A DNA stretch of 64,000 nt from Nitrososphaera sp. (lineage in GTDB: Archaea > Thermoproteota > Nitrososphaeria > Nitrososphaerales > Nitrososphaeraceae). The position numbers and the translations under genes are program-made. Positions 1 to 9,597 of this stretch are shown here, one piece after another (the stretch's first letter is position 1; each line of letters starts with the position of its first letter). Under the pieces are notes generated by a model that searched no databases, was not told where the DNA came from, and was given only the letters and a program-made list of their open reading frames with translations. Location of the stretch: the NCBI GenBank assembly GCA_045809625.1, contig JBJMEA010000049.1, positions 7,500 to 71,499 on the forward strand, given 5' to 3'.

Positions 1-1270
1 GATCGTCTGTCTCTGCATTGCTGTTGGCAAAGCGGTGTAAATATGTTCTAAGGGATCTTCTGAAGTATGTGTCACCGACAAGGTGACGCATCATGTGAAG
101 TACGCAACCGCCCTTTTCATATGTATGTCTGTCAAAAAGGTCATCAGGGTGTTTGTACACCTTCGTCACAATGGGCCTAATATACCTGGTTTTGGCCTCT
201 TCAAGATAGTCATCAGCAGTCTGCATCATGTAATATTGGAACTCATCCTTGCCTCTGCTGGATTCCCAATAAAGTGCTTCACAGTAAGTGGCGAATCCTT
301 CATTGAGCCAGATATGCTGCCAATCGCTGCATGTGACAAGGTCACCAAACCATTGATGTGCCATCTCATGCGATATAAGATAATCACTTGTAAAATCAAG
401 ATGCGCTTTTTCGTCATGAAGTGTATCCAGTGTCAGAGTAGTGCAACTAGAATTCTCCATACCTCCATAAACGAAATCCTGGACAGTCACCTGTGAATAT
501 TTATCATAAGGATATGCCATGCCAAGAAATTCTTCAAAGAACTTGATAATTTCAGGCGTATGTTCCAATGATCTTTGCGCGTCTTGCTTTTTTTCTGGGG
601 GCACATAGTAATACAAGCTCTTGCCGTCCTTTAGCTCAATGTATTTGCCTACAACTACTGATGTAAGATATGCTGGGTGCGGGTTTGTTTCCGACCAGTA
701 GTAGATCTGCTTGTTATTTTGCCTCTCAGAATTTAGTAATATGCCGTTTGAAATTGTCATAAATTCTATCGGGACTTTAACTGAAATTTCGCTTGAAAAT
801 TTGACCCGAGGATGATCGATGCAAGGAAACCAATACCTTGATTCAGTCGTTTCCCCTTGTGTCCATGCCTCCTGGCACTTCTCAGGATAATATTTGTCTG
901 GCCCAATAAAATAGAAACCCTTGCGCGGCTTAGCTGTATATGAAATGTAGAGCTCAATTTTACTCCTCTCCCTTAGAAGTCTGCCTAGGTTAACTACAAG
1001 TTTATCATCAAGATTATGAAAATCCAGCTTGGCTTCTGCATAGACTTTCTCCACTTGGAGTTCGGCTGCATCAAGTTCTATAGTGTCAGTATCCTGCAAA
1101 GCTATGATTGAAAGCGTTTGTTGGCAACTAATCGTACGAGTTTGGAAGTCCGGCTCTATCTGAAGCTGCATGTGGTTAATCGTAAATGAAAGCGAGGGGG
1201 CATAATGTGCTCTGCTGCCTGGAAGTTCAAAATTCTTTCTCTTTGTGCCATTTTCATCATTAATATGCAT
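1..1270 (-). CDS. M1-family aminopeptidase (aminopeptidase N-like), partial; C-terminal part runs off the left edge
   Basis: Not in the ORF track because no stop lies inside the window. My manual minus-strand translation from the ATG at 1270 is open to position 1. It contains the GGMEN exopeptidase motif, HEMAHQWFGDLVT (HExxH) and WLNEGFATY, the M1 zinc-aminopeptidase signature. The 83..496 (+) ORF is its antisense shadow. Confidence 0.85.
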   Translation of the reverse strand, partial: MHINDENGTKRKNFELPGSRAHYAPSLSFTINHMQLQIEPDFQTRTISCQQTLSIIALQDTDTIELDAAELQVEKVYAEAKLDFHNLDDKLVVNLGRLLRERSKIELYISYTAKPRKGFYFIGPDKYYPEKCQEAWTQGETTESRYWFPCIDHPRVKFSSEISVKVPIEFMTISNGILLNSERQNNKQIYYWSETNPHPAYLTSVVVGKYIELKDGKSLYYYVPPEKKQDAQRSLEHTPEIIKFFEEFLGMAYPYDKYSQVTVQDFVYGGMENSSCTTLTLDTLHDEKAHLDFTSDYLISHEMAHQWFGDLVTCSDWQHIWLNEGFATYCEALYWESSRGKDEFQYYMMQTADDYLEEAKTRYIRPIVTKVYKHPDDLFDRHTYEKGGCVLHMMRHLVGDTYFRRSLRTYLHRFANSNAETDD

Positions 1271-1656
1271 TGAGTATGATGCTACTCTATGGTTTGATAA
1301 AATAAAGCTTCTCTGTCGTATAATAATTGGCCCTTTATTAACACATACTTAGATAAAACACAGTGAAAGAAGCAGATGTGAAACTTGGCCTTTGGTTGCA
1401 ACTATCACATGCCGGGCAATTTCTTAAATGTAGAATATTTTTTCACGCGCTCACTAACGACCGTTATTGTGATAAGCGCGCAGAGGCCAAAGGAGAGAGA
1501 AAGTATTTCTAAATACATTCATCCACGCTATGCCCTCCAGCACGAGAGAGATGATTTCAAATAATTCCTAGCGAAGGTAACAAGATGTCAACTATGGTGC
1601 AGCAGTAAATACAAATTCTAAATCTCATCGGAATCTTGTATTATGAGAAGCATAAG

Positions 1657-2040
1657 TTAGTGATATCTTGGTCTTAGATTGCCTATGTATTCTCTCATTT
1701 TATTAACTATTTCATCATAGTCATATGGAACAGAAGCCCTTGCAACTAGGATCATTTTTCTGCCATTGACAAGTATCGGAAAGAAAAATAGGTCTGTGCT
1801 ATCATTGTGTGCCAGTAGATAATGTGATCTCCCAAGATGTTCAGCATTTGCCTGTAAAGTACTCATGTAAATCTCAGTCTGTGCAAACAGTCTTTCCAAA
1901 TGTGAAAGTGTGCCTGATTTTATGTATGCAGCGATTGTGATCCCTTTTTCAACTATCTCGGCGCTGACAATGCTGTCATGCAGATTAGCTATCTCTTTGC
2001 AAAGCTGAGCTCCATCCATTGTTATTGATAAACAAAACAT
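1657..2040 (-). CDS. hypothetical protein (weak Roadblock/LC7-like impression)
   Basis: 127-aa ORF ending 15 nt upstream of the acyl-CoA synthetase gene on the same strand. No diagnostic motif seen. The size and alternating pattern only loosely resemble Roadblock/LC7. Confidence 0.45.
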   Translation of the reverse strand: MFCLSITMDGAQLCKEIANLHDSIVSAEIVEKGITIAAYIKSGTLSHLERLFAQTEIYMSTLQANAEHLGRSHYLLAHNDSTDLFFFPILVNGRKMILVARASVPYDYDEIVNKMREYIGNLRPRYH

Positions 2041-2054
2041 ATAGAAATAACTTG

Positions 2055-3965
2055 TTAAATATTTTCAAGTGACCATGGATTTTCAACTGTAAACAAGTCT
2101 TGGTCTGCAATACTACCTCCACTAATTTTTGCTTTAACAAGTCTTCTCATGAGCTTGCCAGTACGAGTCTTTGGCAGTTCAGTCACTATTCTTACCTCTT
2201 GGGGGCGAGCGAATCTTCCTATTGCTTCTTCAACTCGAGTGCTTACCTCGTCTGCTAGGATATTACCCAACTTGTTGTCATCCTTTGCCACTATGTACAT
2301 GACTATTACTTCTCCTTTCAATTCATCTGGCCTGCCTACTGCAATAGCTTCTGCTACTGCTGGATGAGAAGCGGCAGCAGCCTCAACTTCTGCTGTTCCA
2401 ATTCTATGACCAGACACTTTTATGACATCATCGACGCGCCCTTGCATGTACCATAGGCCATCAGAATCGACGAATACCAAGTCACCATGATACCATACAT
2501 CTTTGTACTTCGACCAGTAAGTGTCGATGTATCTGCTAGAACCATCAAAGGGACCACGTGTCATGGAGGGCCATGGCTTTTTGATTACAAGATATCCTTG
2601 GCTTACTCTATTGCCCATATCATCAAAAATGTCTGCATCAAAGCCGGGAACAGGACATCCTACTGTACATGGCTTGAGCGGCATAACAGGCAGCACACTC
2701 AGTATTGCACCTCCGATTTCAGTTCCTCCAGATAAGTTGATCAAGGGACAGCGTGCTTTTCCTACATTCTCAAAATACCACGTCCAGGTTTTGGAGTTTA
2801 CTGGCTCACCTGTTGCCGCCAAAACTCTGAGTGAATGAAAATCGTATCTGCTAGTTTGCACACCATTCTTCATGAAGAGTCTGATTGCAGTAGGAGCGGC
2901 TCCAAAAATGCTGACCTTGTGGTCCTCAATCATCTTACACCATGTATCTATTGCGGGATAGTCGAGGGCATCATCATATACAAGTGCAGTACCACCTATT
3001 ATCGGGCTTCCATATACAACCCATACCTGTCCTGTTATCCAGCCTATGTCTGCATACCAGAATAAAACATCTTTTGGATTCATATCAATTAGATATGCGG
3101 TCTGCTGGGCAGCAACAATGGTAAAGCCGCCATGGACTTGTAGTGTACCCTTAGGATGGCCTGTAGTACCTGACGTATATAAGATAAACAGTGGGTCTTC
3201 TGAATCCATTACCTCTGTATTAGCTCTGGCTGCATTTTTGATAAAGTCTCTATAATTACCGCTGATCGTTACTATTCTGGAGACCTCAGTATACTGTACT
3301 GCCTTTTGCCACTGACTTGCAAGATCAATATGTTTGCCTCGGCGCTCAGTTGTGTCGGTTGTAATAAGCAACTTTGCATTGGAATCAACGAGCCTTGAGT
3401 GAAGTGCTTGCGCGCTAAACCCTGAAAAGATTGTAGTATGGATCGCCCCAATTTTAGAGCATGCAAAGATTGCATAAAACGCCTCCGGGATCATTGGAAG
3501 ATAAATGGCAATAACATCACCCCTTTTGATACCTGCTGTTAGCAGAGCATCTGCAAATCTGCTCACTTGCTCATCAAGTTCACGATAAGTGATTTTTCTT
3601 GAACCTTGCTCATTTGCAAAAATGTAAGCGACTTTATCAGGCTGATTTTTGGCATGTCTGTCAATTGCATTGACAACGATGTTGCATTTGCCGTTTAAGA
3701 ACCATTTTGTCCAAGGGATACCTGCTCTAGAGTCATAGGTTTTGTCATATTTTTGAAACCACTCTATGCCCAAATCTTCGTTGACTGCATTCCAATACCA
3801 GTCGATATCTTTGTTTGCCTTATCAACTAGCTGATGCCAGTTGGAAATACTGTGTTTTTTCATGAATCTGCTGATATTACTCTTGGACATCAGGTTCGCT
3901 GACGGCACAAATGTGAATCGTTCACTCAATAATCCGGTTTTTGGTAAAACGTTTAATATTTGCAA
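2055..3965 (-). CDS. acs: AMP-forming acetyl/acyl-CoA synthetase
   Basis: 636 aa with YTSGTTGHPKG (AMP-binding motif), WYADIGWITGQ, GDLV..DSDGLWY..GRVDDVIKVSGHRIGTAEVE and PKTRTGKLMRR. These are typical of Acs-type adenylate-forming ligases. Substrate cannot be told from sequence. Confidence 0.9.
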   Translation of the reverse strand: MQILNVLPKTGLLSERFTFVPSANLMSKSNISRFMKKHSISNWHQLVDKANKDIDWYWNAVNEDLGIEWFQKYDKTYDSRAGIPWTKWFLNGKCNIVVNAIDRHAKNQPDKVAYIFANEQGSRKITYRELDEQVSRFADALLTAGIKRGDVIAIYLPMIPEAFYAIFACSKIGAIHTTIFSGFSAQALHSRLVDSNAKLLITTDTTERRGKHIDLASQWQKAVQYTEVSRIVTISGNYRDFIKNAARANTEVMDSEDPLFILYTSGTTGHPKGTLQVHGGFTIVAAQQTAYLIDMNPKDVLFWYADIGWITGQVWVVYGSPIIGGTALVYDDALDYPAIDTWCKMIEDHKVSIFGAAPTAIRLFMKNGVQTSRYDFHSLRVLAATGEPVNSKTWTWYFENVGKARCPLINLSGGTEIGGAILSVLPVMPLKPCTVGCPVPGFDADIFDDMGNRVSQGYLVIKKPWPSMTRGPFDGSSRYIDTYWSKYKDVWYHGDLVFVDSDGLWYMQGRVDDVIKVSGHRIGTAEVEAAAASHPAVAEAIAVGRPDELKGEVIVMYIVAKDDNKLGNILADEVSTRVEEAIGRFARPQEVRIVTELPKTRTGKLMRRLVKAKISGGSIADQDLFTVENPWSLENI

Positions 3966-4043
3966 CTAAACAGAGACATTGCTCAAACTACGGCAGCTAT
4001 AGTATATAATGCAAGAAAAAAATTCTAATGTGTTGGTTATACG

Positions 4044-4727
4044 ATGATTACTATCTTGGTAGTGGAGGATATTCTTTATGACTTCGGGGAGTTTCCTAGC
4101 TATGCCGACGATTTTGTTAAAAATCTTCTCAATCTCATGATAATTTCCAAAATGAACGCAGCTATAAAGAACCTGACATCTCGAAACTACTTTATGCATC
4201 TTATATCACAAATAGATGGTTGCGAGGCATATGTCGTAAAATATGGCCAGCCGCTGCTATATGCTAAGTACTATGGAATGGAATTTACAGACCAAAAGGT
4301 TACGACTCAGTTTATTCGGTCAAAAGATCATTTAATCAGTGTTACTATGGAATCTGTGTTCGGCGAGTTTGTAAAAAGCTTTGATAACTTAGCCTCAATG
4401 ACAAAAAGCAAAGTTAAGTGGGGTATATTGAAAGAGGAGGAAGCCGACAAACCTGACCCGCTTTTCGCATTGCTTGATTCATTTGTAGGAGCCGTTCTCC
4501 GACTATCGTCGCTTGATCCTTCAAACCCTGACAGTCTTACAGGTAAACGGTTTGGAATAAGAAATGCAAGCATCGTAAGAAACTCGCTCCAACTTGAATT
4601 TCTGATAAACAACGATCTACATATCATAGAGCTCGCTGCACGCAAAAGACGCAAGGATGATGCGATAAAGCTACTCTTTGGCAAGCCTGAGGTCGCCAAA
4701 GCAATAGTGAGCCTGATGAAACAGTAG
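4044..4727 (+). CDS. hypothetical protein
   Basis: 227-aa ORF divergent from acs. A TATA-like tatagtatataat lies about 35 nt upstream of the ATG. No recognisable domain. Confidence 0.5.
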   Translation: MITILVVEDILYDFGEFPSYADDFVKNLLNLMIISKMNAAIKNLTSRNYFMHLISQIDGCEAYVVKYGQPLLYAKYYGMEFTDQKVTTQFIRSKDHLISVTMESVFGEFVKSFDNLASMTKSKVKWGILKEEEADKPDPLFALLDSFVGAVLRLSSLDPSNPDSLTGKRFGIRNASIVRNSLQLEFLINNDLHIIELAARKRRKDDAIKLLFGKPEVAKAIVSLMKQ

Positions 4728-4885
4728 TGAGATGATATATCATACAGACATTACCTTTTCATTACATCGTGTACGTCTACTTGTCTTTTCTGTTCAAGAT
4801 CATTATTGTTACTCGTCTGAGTAGAAGCGAGCAGACAAGTTGGATCAATAATTGTCTCACTGATATGAGAGTAGAAAAGGTCATT

Positions 4886-5428
4886 TTACTTTCTGTTCTC
4901 CTGCATTTTCTTTCCTTTTTCACTGGGTACTATTTTCAGATTGGCATCTGTGAATGTCCTTTTAAATTGGACTCCTGTGAACATCCTGTCAAGAAAAATC
5001 GCCAATGCAGCAATTTCTGAGTGCGGCTGGTTGCCAATCGCAATATTGTAATCTGCAATGTCATAAGCCTCTTGAGGGACCTTTTCCGCACCAATTATTA
5101 CTAACACTTTGCTTTCTTTCCGCACCCTCTCTGCGATGTCGTCAATGTTGATGCCATACATTGTAAGGTGAGCCACTTTGCCACCCTCATTTTGCCAAGT
5201 TTTTGCAAGGTTCTTCCAGTCCTGTATGACTTCTAACTTAAACCCGCCACCCCATCTCTTGGATATACTTGCAACCGTGTCATCAATAGAATTATCTATA
5301 ATACCCGTCATGTATATCCTGTCCGCACCAAATGCTCGTGCGACAAGTGCTGCATGAGTCGTCACCCTGTCATCACGCACAAGCCTATGGCCAATCCTAA
5401 GTACTGATACTTTCATCGTTCTTCTCAC
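4886..5428 (-). CDS. trm56: tRNA (cytidine56-2'-O)-methyltransferase aTrm56 (SPOUT)
   Basis: VLRIGHRLVRDDRVTTHAALVARAFGA at the N-terminus and HSEIAALAIFLDR near the C-terminus match the archaeal Trm56 family. Size about 175 aa. The true start may be the internal MKVSVL. Confidence 0.8.
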   Translation of the reverse strand: MRRTMKVSVLRIGHRLVRDDRVTTHAALVARAFGADRIYMTGIIDNSIDDTVASISKRWGGGFKLEVIQDWKNLAKTWQNEGGKVAHLTMYGINIDDIAERVRKESKVLVIIGAEKVPQEAYDIADYNIAIGNQPHSEIAALAIFLDRMFTGVQFKRTFTDANLKIVPSEKGKKMQENRK

Positions 5429-5449
5429 GCTTTAAGGGCAAATAATATC

Positions 5450-6541
5450 TCATTTGCCTCTGGCTTTATTAGTTTCAAATAGTATTGATGTTATCAAGTT
5501 TTTCAACTGATCAATGTTGTAGCCTGTTTTAGAAGAGACTGCGAGCAAGCGTTTGCTGTCTGATATGTCAAGTTGATCCGCCTTGTCAAAGGCGTCTTCG
5601 ATCGTGGTCAGGTCAACTTTGTTGAGAACATAAATTATCTTTGTATCTGGCACCTCAAACTCCTTTATCACGTCCAAGGAGCTCTTAAATTTTCTTCTTA
5701 TTTCGTTAGCTGATTCACTAATATCGAGAACCAAAAGTGCTAAGTTTGCATAAGTCAGTTCGTCAAGGGTTGATTTGAAGGCATCTATCATATATGGTGG
5801 CAGCTTGCTGACAAAGCCAATAGTATCATTTAGCAATACTCGGCCTCCTTCCAGATCTACTGCTCTGGTAAATGTAGAAAGAGTAGTAAAAGTCCCCTGG
5901 CCTGTAACTTTTGTCTCCCCTGTCATCTTGTTGAATAATGTAGTCTTGCCCGCTGAAGTGTAGCCTGCAAGCGATACTGTCGGCAGGCCAACCTTTGCTC
6001 GCTGGTTCCTGTGCAATTGCCTTCTTGTTTCCTCTTTTTCAAGCTTTTTCTTTAGCATAGCTACTCGTCTACTGATATTTAGGAAATGGATGTCTGCTTC
6101 ATATTTGCCAAGGCCATAGAACCCAGGTTGCTCGCCCGCCCTTGCAAGTCTGACATTTTCGCGGGCTCTTGCCATATCATAACGCAATTGTGCAAGCTTA
6201 ATCTGAATTTGAGACTCCGTAGTACTTGCTCTCCGCTCAAAAATCTCCAAGATCAGCCGCTCCCTGTCAACTATCTCTATTTTACATAAACTCGCCAAAT
6301 TGTATATCTGAGTGGGCTTAATCGTTTCGTCAAATATGATGACATCCGGCTTGATCTCTTTGACAATCTCTTTTATCTCTTCTGCCTTCCCGCGGCCAAT
6401 TCCAAATCTTGATTTCGTTATCTGACGCTGGGTCACAGTCTTGATAATGGAATACCCCGCTGCGTCAGCAAGTGATATTGCTTCATTTATTGCTTGCTCG
6501 ACAGGATATGTTATAAGGATCGCCTTTCTGTAATTTGCCAT
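5450..6541 (-). CDS. hflX: GTPase HflX
   Basis: N-terminal HflX domain, then G1 GYTSAGKTTLFN, DTIGFVSKLPPYMIDAFKSTLDE and NKVD (G4). Confidence 0.9.
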   Translation of the reverse strand: MANYRKAILITYPVEQAINEAISLADAAGYSIIKTVTQRQITKSRFGIGRGKAEEIKEIVKEIKPDVIIFDETIKPTQIYNLASLCKIEIVDRERLILEIFERRASTTESQIQIKLAQLRYDMARARENVRLARAGEQPGFYGLGKYEADIHFLNISRRVAMLKKKLEKEETRRQLHRNQRAKVGLPTVSLAGYTSAGKTTLFNKMTGETKVTGQGTFTTLSTFTRAVDLEGGRVLLNDTIGFVSKLPPYMIDAFKSTLDELTYANLALLVLDISESANEIRRKFKSSLDVIKEFEVPDTKIIYVLNKVDLTTIEDAFDKADQLDISDSKRLLAVSSKTGYNIDQLKNLITSILFETNKARGK

Positions 6542-6946
6542 TTATTTTTCATCGATATTAGTACTGACGTACAGTTTGATCCCTAGATAGCGTTCTAGCT
6601 TTCTTGCAAATATCTCGTCTGGTTTGAGAGAGCCAGTTTCGAATTTTCTGAGAAGTTGAGCCTTCTCGTTCATTTTCATACCAAGTTGTTCATGTGTCAG
6701 CCCCATTTTCATTCTTGCTTCTCTTATCGACTTTGCAAAATTAGGAGTGAGAATAGTCTCATCTGCTAATCCAATCCTTTTATGTGGTTTTACTGCAGAG
6801 AATTTTTTCTTCTTGACTGTAATCTCCGGCGGTATATGGGGCTTTCCTCGTTTCGAGCATGGCATACAAACATTAAAGACTGTGCCATCTACTACTACCA
6901 TCCTTTTCTCAAAAGTCTGGCGCCCGCAAAGCTCGCAGTATGACAT
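6542..6946 (-). CDS. mbf1: multiprotein bridging factor 1 (zinc ribbon plus XRE-type HTH)
   Basis: N-terminal CxxC...CxxC zinc ribbon (CELCG...CMPCS). C-terminal HTH REARMKMGLTHEQLGMKMNEKAQLLRKFETG, typical of archaeal MBF1. Abuts the hflX start (6541/6542). Confidence 0.8.
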   Translation of the reverse strand: MSYCELCGRQTFEKRMVVVDGTVFNVCMPCSKRGKPHIPPEITVKKKKFSAVKPHKRIGLADETILTPNFAKSIREARMKMGLTHEQLGMKMNEKAQLLRKFETGSLKPDEIFARKLERYLGIKLYVSTNIDEK

Positions 6947-6973
6947 TTGAACCCAGCTAGGTGAGGCGCGGAT

Positions 6974-8047
6974 TTAGCCTTTTCTCAGAGTCTGCTGTAC
7001 CGTCATATTGATCACTATTTCTGCAATGTCGCTGGCATATTCTGCAACTCTGCGAATGTTCTCAGTTATTAACTTGATCCTGTATAGTTCGTTGACATCC
7101 TTAGGTTTGGATACTGCCCTGAGTATTGCCTTTTCAATCTCATCTATCTTACGCGCCTTTTCAATCGCTCTATCAGCAGCTTCATAGTCACGTTTGAACA
7201 TCGATAAACAGGACTCGTCGAGCACCTCTAGAGCAAAATAGCTCATGTTGGATATTTTTTCAATAATATCTTTGTTGAGCGGCTGGTCTATGTCTATGAC
7301 GTCTTTGGCTATTATTACTGCATGGTCTGCTACTCGCTCAACCGATTTTGCTATCAGGCGGTATCCTAGACAGTTACGGGGTTCCTCAAGCCCTATCTCT
7401 TTTAGTAAATATTCGTTCTTGATTGCTATCTTCAATTGTCGCACAATGTAAAAACTGAACCTGTCAACCTCATCATCGGACTTGATTACTTCTTGTGCAA
7501 GCTCAACATTATTTTCTCTTAGAGAGAGCAGGGTATCCTTATACATAGATTTGGCGATAAGTAGCATTCGCTTGAATGCTGTATCAACGGACAAATCAAG
7601 TAGGTTGATAAGTACTTGCAAGGTAATGCCTGTGGCTGAGTCTGCAATGATCTCTGTGCCCATAAGTACGCGCCTAATGCTGTTTTTGATGACCTCTCTC
7701 TGTTCTACGAGGAGTCTATCCTCTTTAGGGACAACATTGATTACGTTAAAGCCAAGAAAATAGAGTGCAATTAGTTTTCGTGCAATAAAATACGGGTTGT
7801 GATCCTTACCGACTTCGATTGTTGCCTCCTTTTGTTCTTTGATAGGTCTCTGTGATGCTGGTGCAATTTGGAGGGTAGAATTATTTTGTCTTAAAATTAC
7901 GACGTGATCTCCTTGCTTCAAGCCTAAGTCCTGAATCCACTTTTTAGGCAAAGATACAATGTAAGAAGAGCCACCAGTGTATTGTATTTTTCTTGTTTCT
8001 TCTCTTTGTGAAATGCTTTTGTTCTTGAATTGTTCTTCACTGTGCAA
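6974..8047 (-). CDS. PhoU-family phosphate uptake regulator with N-terminal AbrB/SpoVT DNA-binding domain
   Basis: GGSSYIVSLPKKWIQDLGLKQGDHVV is an AbrB-like swapped-hairpin motif. It is followed by two helical PhoU-like repeats (..DDEVDRF.., ..ERVADHA.., ..RRVAEYASDIAE). Confidence 0.75.
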   Translation of the reverse strand: MHSEEQFKNKSISQREETRKIQYTGGSSYIVSLPKKWIQDLGLKQGDHVVILRQNNSTLQIAPASQRPIKEQKEATIEVGKDHNPYFIARKLIALYFLGFNVINVVPKEDRLLVEQREVIKNSIRRVLMGTEIIADSATGITLQVLINLLDLSVDTAFKRMLLIAKSMYKDTLLSLRENNVELAQEVIKSDDEVDRFSFYIVRQLKIAIKNEYLLKEIGLEEPRNCLGYRLIAKSVERVADHAVIIAKDVIDIDQPLNKDIIEKISNMSYFALEVLDESCLSMFKRDYEAADRAIEKARKIDEIEKAILRAVSKPKDVNELYRIKLITENIRRVAEYASDIAEIVINMTVQQTLRKG

Positions 8048-8170
8048 TTTTTGTCCTAATATGGATTTATACTAGCGCTTCTATATATTCGTATTTGGAA
8101 TCTATATAGATTTACCATTTAAACCGTATACATTTATTACATAAGTATATAGAGTATTTTTGTCTACCGT

Positions 8171-8689
8171 ATGCGCCCTCTGCCAATAGATCTGACGGAA
8201 AAAATACGTAGTCACATCGATGCGATATTTGGTGTAGGGGTTTCAGATGCTCTGCCTGATGACATTCAACCCAGCTTTTCAAAAAGAACTGGCAGAATTA
8301 AGAACTTTAGTATGGACGGCAGGTTGGTCATGACGTTTCGGACGGATGGCGGGCTTGCACTTACTATTATGGGCGCTCAGTATTTGCTTGATCATAGCAA
8401 GCAGTTCTGGGAGAACTGCGTCATACCATTACAGGAGGCCGCACCATTTGTAAGCGAAGGTCGGTCGCTTTTTTGTAAACATGTAGAGTGGTGTGGCTCA
8501 AATATCAAAGTTGGGTCAGATGTCGCAATCCTTGATAGCAATAGCAATAATAGCAATGGAAGCAGTGATGCTAGTTCCAGAAGGGTGATAGCTGTAGGTA
8601 TTGCAACGCTTTCCTCAAAGCTGATGAAACAATATTGCAAAGGCGTGGCTGTAAAGGTTAGACAAGGAATAAAAGGTAGAACAGAGTAA
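8171..8689 (+). CDS. PUA-domain protein (pre-PUA plus PUA)
   Basis: 172 aa. The C-terminal GSDVAILD...VIAVGIATLSSKLM....GVAVKVR is PUA-like. It carries a low-complexity insert, SNSNNSNGSSDASS. Confidence 0.65.
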   Translation: MRPLPIDLTEKIRSHIDAIFGVGVSDALPDDIQPSFSKRTGRIKNFSMDGRLVMTFRTDGGLALTIMGAQYLLDHSKQFWENCVIPLQEAAPFVSEGRSLFCKHVEWCGSNIKVGSDVAILDSNSNNSNGSSDASSRRVIAVGIATLSSKLMKQYCKGVAVKVRQGIKGRTE

Positions 8690-8703
8690 TCGAGGCAGCA
8701 GAT

Positions 8704-9039
8704 ATGATGCGCGGCAATCGTGATATGAGGCGCATGCTCGACAAGATGGGCCTTGATATGAAAACGATGGATAATGTAGAAGAAGTGATTATCAAGACTG
8801 AGACAAAAGAGCTTTACCTCATCAAGCCGCAGGTAATAGAAATGAAGGGAAAAGACAACACTATCTTTCAAGTTATTGCATCCGACATTGAAGAAAAACA
8901 TCGGGAGGTTCCTGCGTTTAAGGAAGAAGATATTATACTTGTTATGCAACAAGCTAATGTTGCTAGAGAAAAGGCAATACAAGCACTTACTGAGAGTAAG
9001 GGAGACATGGCGCAGGCGATACTTAGCCTCGCCACATAG
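8704..9039 (+). CDS. nac: nascent polypeptide-associated complex protein (NAC alpha, NAC plus UBA domains)
   Basis: 111 aa with a NAC beta-barrel region (VEEVIIKTETKELYLIKPQVIEMK) and a C-terminal UBA-like EEDIILVMQQANVAREKAIQALTESKGDMAQAI. Confidence 0.85.
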   Translation: MMRGNRDMRRMLDKMGLDMKTMDNVEEVIIKTETKELYLIKPQVIEMKGKDNTIFQVIASDIEEKHREVPAFKEEDIILVMQQANVAREKAIQALTESKGDMAQAILSLAT

Positions 9040-9082
9040 CACTTAGTTTTAATATCCCTCTTACTACTTTTGATTTCATACC

Positions 9083-9574
9083 TTGGCAAAGGGAAAAACT
9101 GCACATCACGATATTCCACCACCAACTTCACACTCTGCAGTTGAAACTATTATCGGCGCTTTGTCTGAGCTTGAAAATGATATAGATGGGATGTATGGTC
9201 GCGTCGAGGAAATGAAAAGGCGTATAATTGTACAGTCTGATGAAGAAATTGAGAAGCTAAAACAACAGATAATCGCTCTTGCAAATGAGGAAGCTAAGCA
9301 AATAGTGGATAGTGCCAGAGCACAGGCCGAGGCTGAATCAGAAGAAATAGGGGAGATTGGAAGAGCAAACCTTGCCAACATTAGGAAGAACATTAAGGCA
9401 TCGTTTGACACAGCTGTCGATAGCATAGTCCAGGCGGTTCTCGATAATGCTGCTAGTTTGTCATTGCCTGCACAAAATGCAGAAAAAAAGTCCCAGCCGC
9501 AGTCATCATCTTCGTCTATAACTCCGTCATCTAAGGTTCAAAAATATACCTCAGACGGCAAGCCAATTATTTAA
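9083..9574 (+). CDS. hypothetical coiled-coil protein with Ser/Gln-rich tail
   Basis: 163-aa ORF with a TTG start. It has a heptad-like charged helix (EEIEKLKQQIIALANEEAKQIVDSARAQAEAESEEI) reminiscent of ATPase stalk subunits, but it is not in an ATPase operon. Confidence 0.45.
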   Translation: MAKGKTAHHDIPPPTSHSAVETIIGALSELENDIDGMYGRVEEMKRRIIVQSDEEIEKLKQQIIALANEEAKQIVDSARAQAEAESEEIGEIGRANLANIRKNIKASFDTAVDSIVQAVLDNAASLSLPAQNAEKKSQPQSSSSSITPSSKVQKYTSDGKPII

Positions 9575-9597
9575 TCCATAAGCTTTAAAAACACCTA

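Noticed and set aside
83-496. 137-aa (+) ORF at the left edge
   Set aside because: It lies entirely antisense to a much better minus-strand reading frame carrying the GGMEN, HEMAHQWFG and WLNEGFA motifs of an M1 aminopeptidase. It is a shadow ORF.
8392-9042. 216-aa (-) ORF spanning the PUA and NAC genes
   Set aside because: It overlaps two well-supported plus-strand genes. Its composition is leucine/cysteine-rich and low-complexity (LLLLLLS), and it has no motifs. This is a typical antisense shadow.
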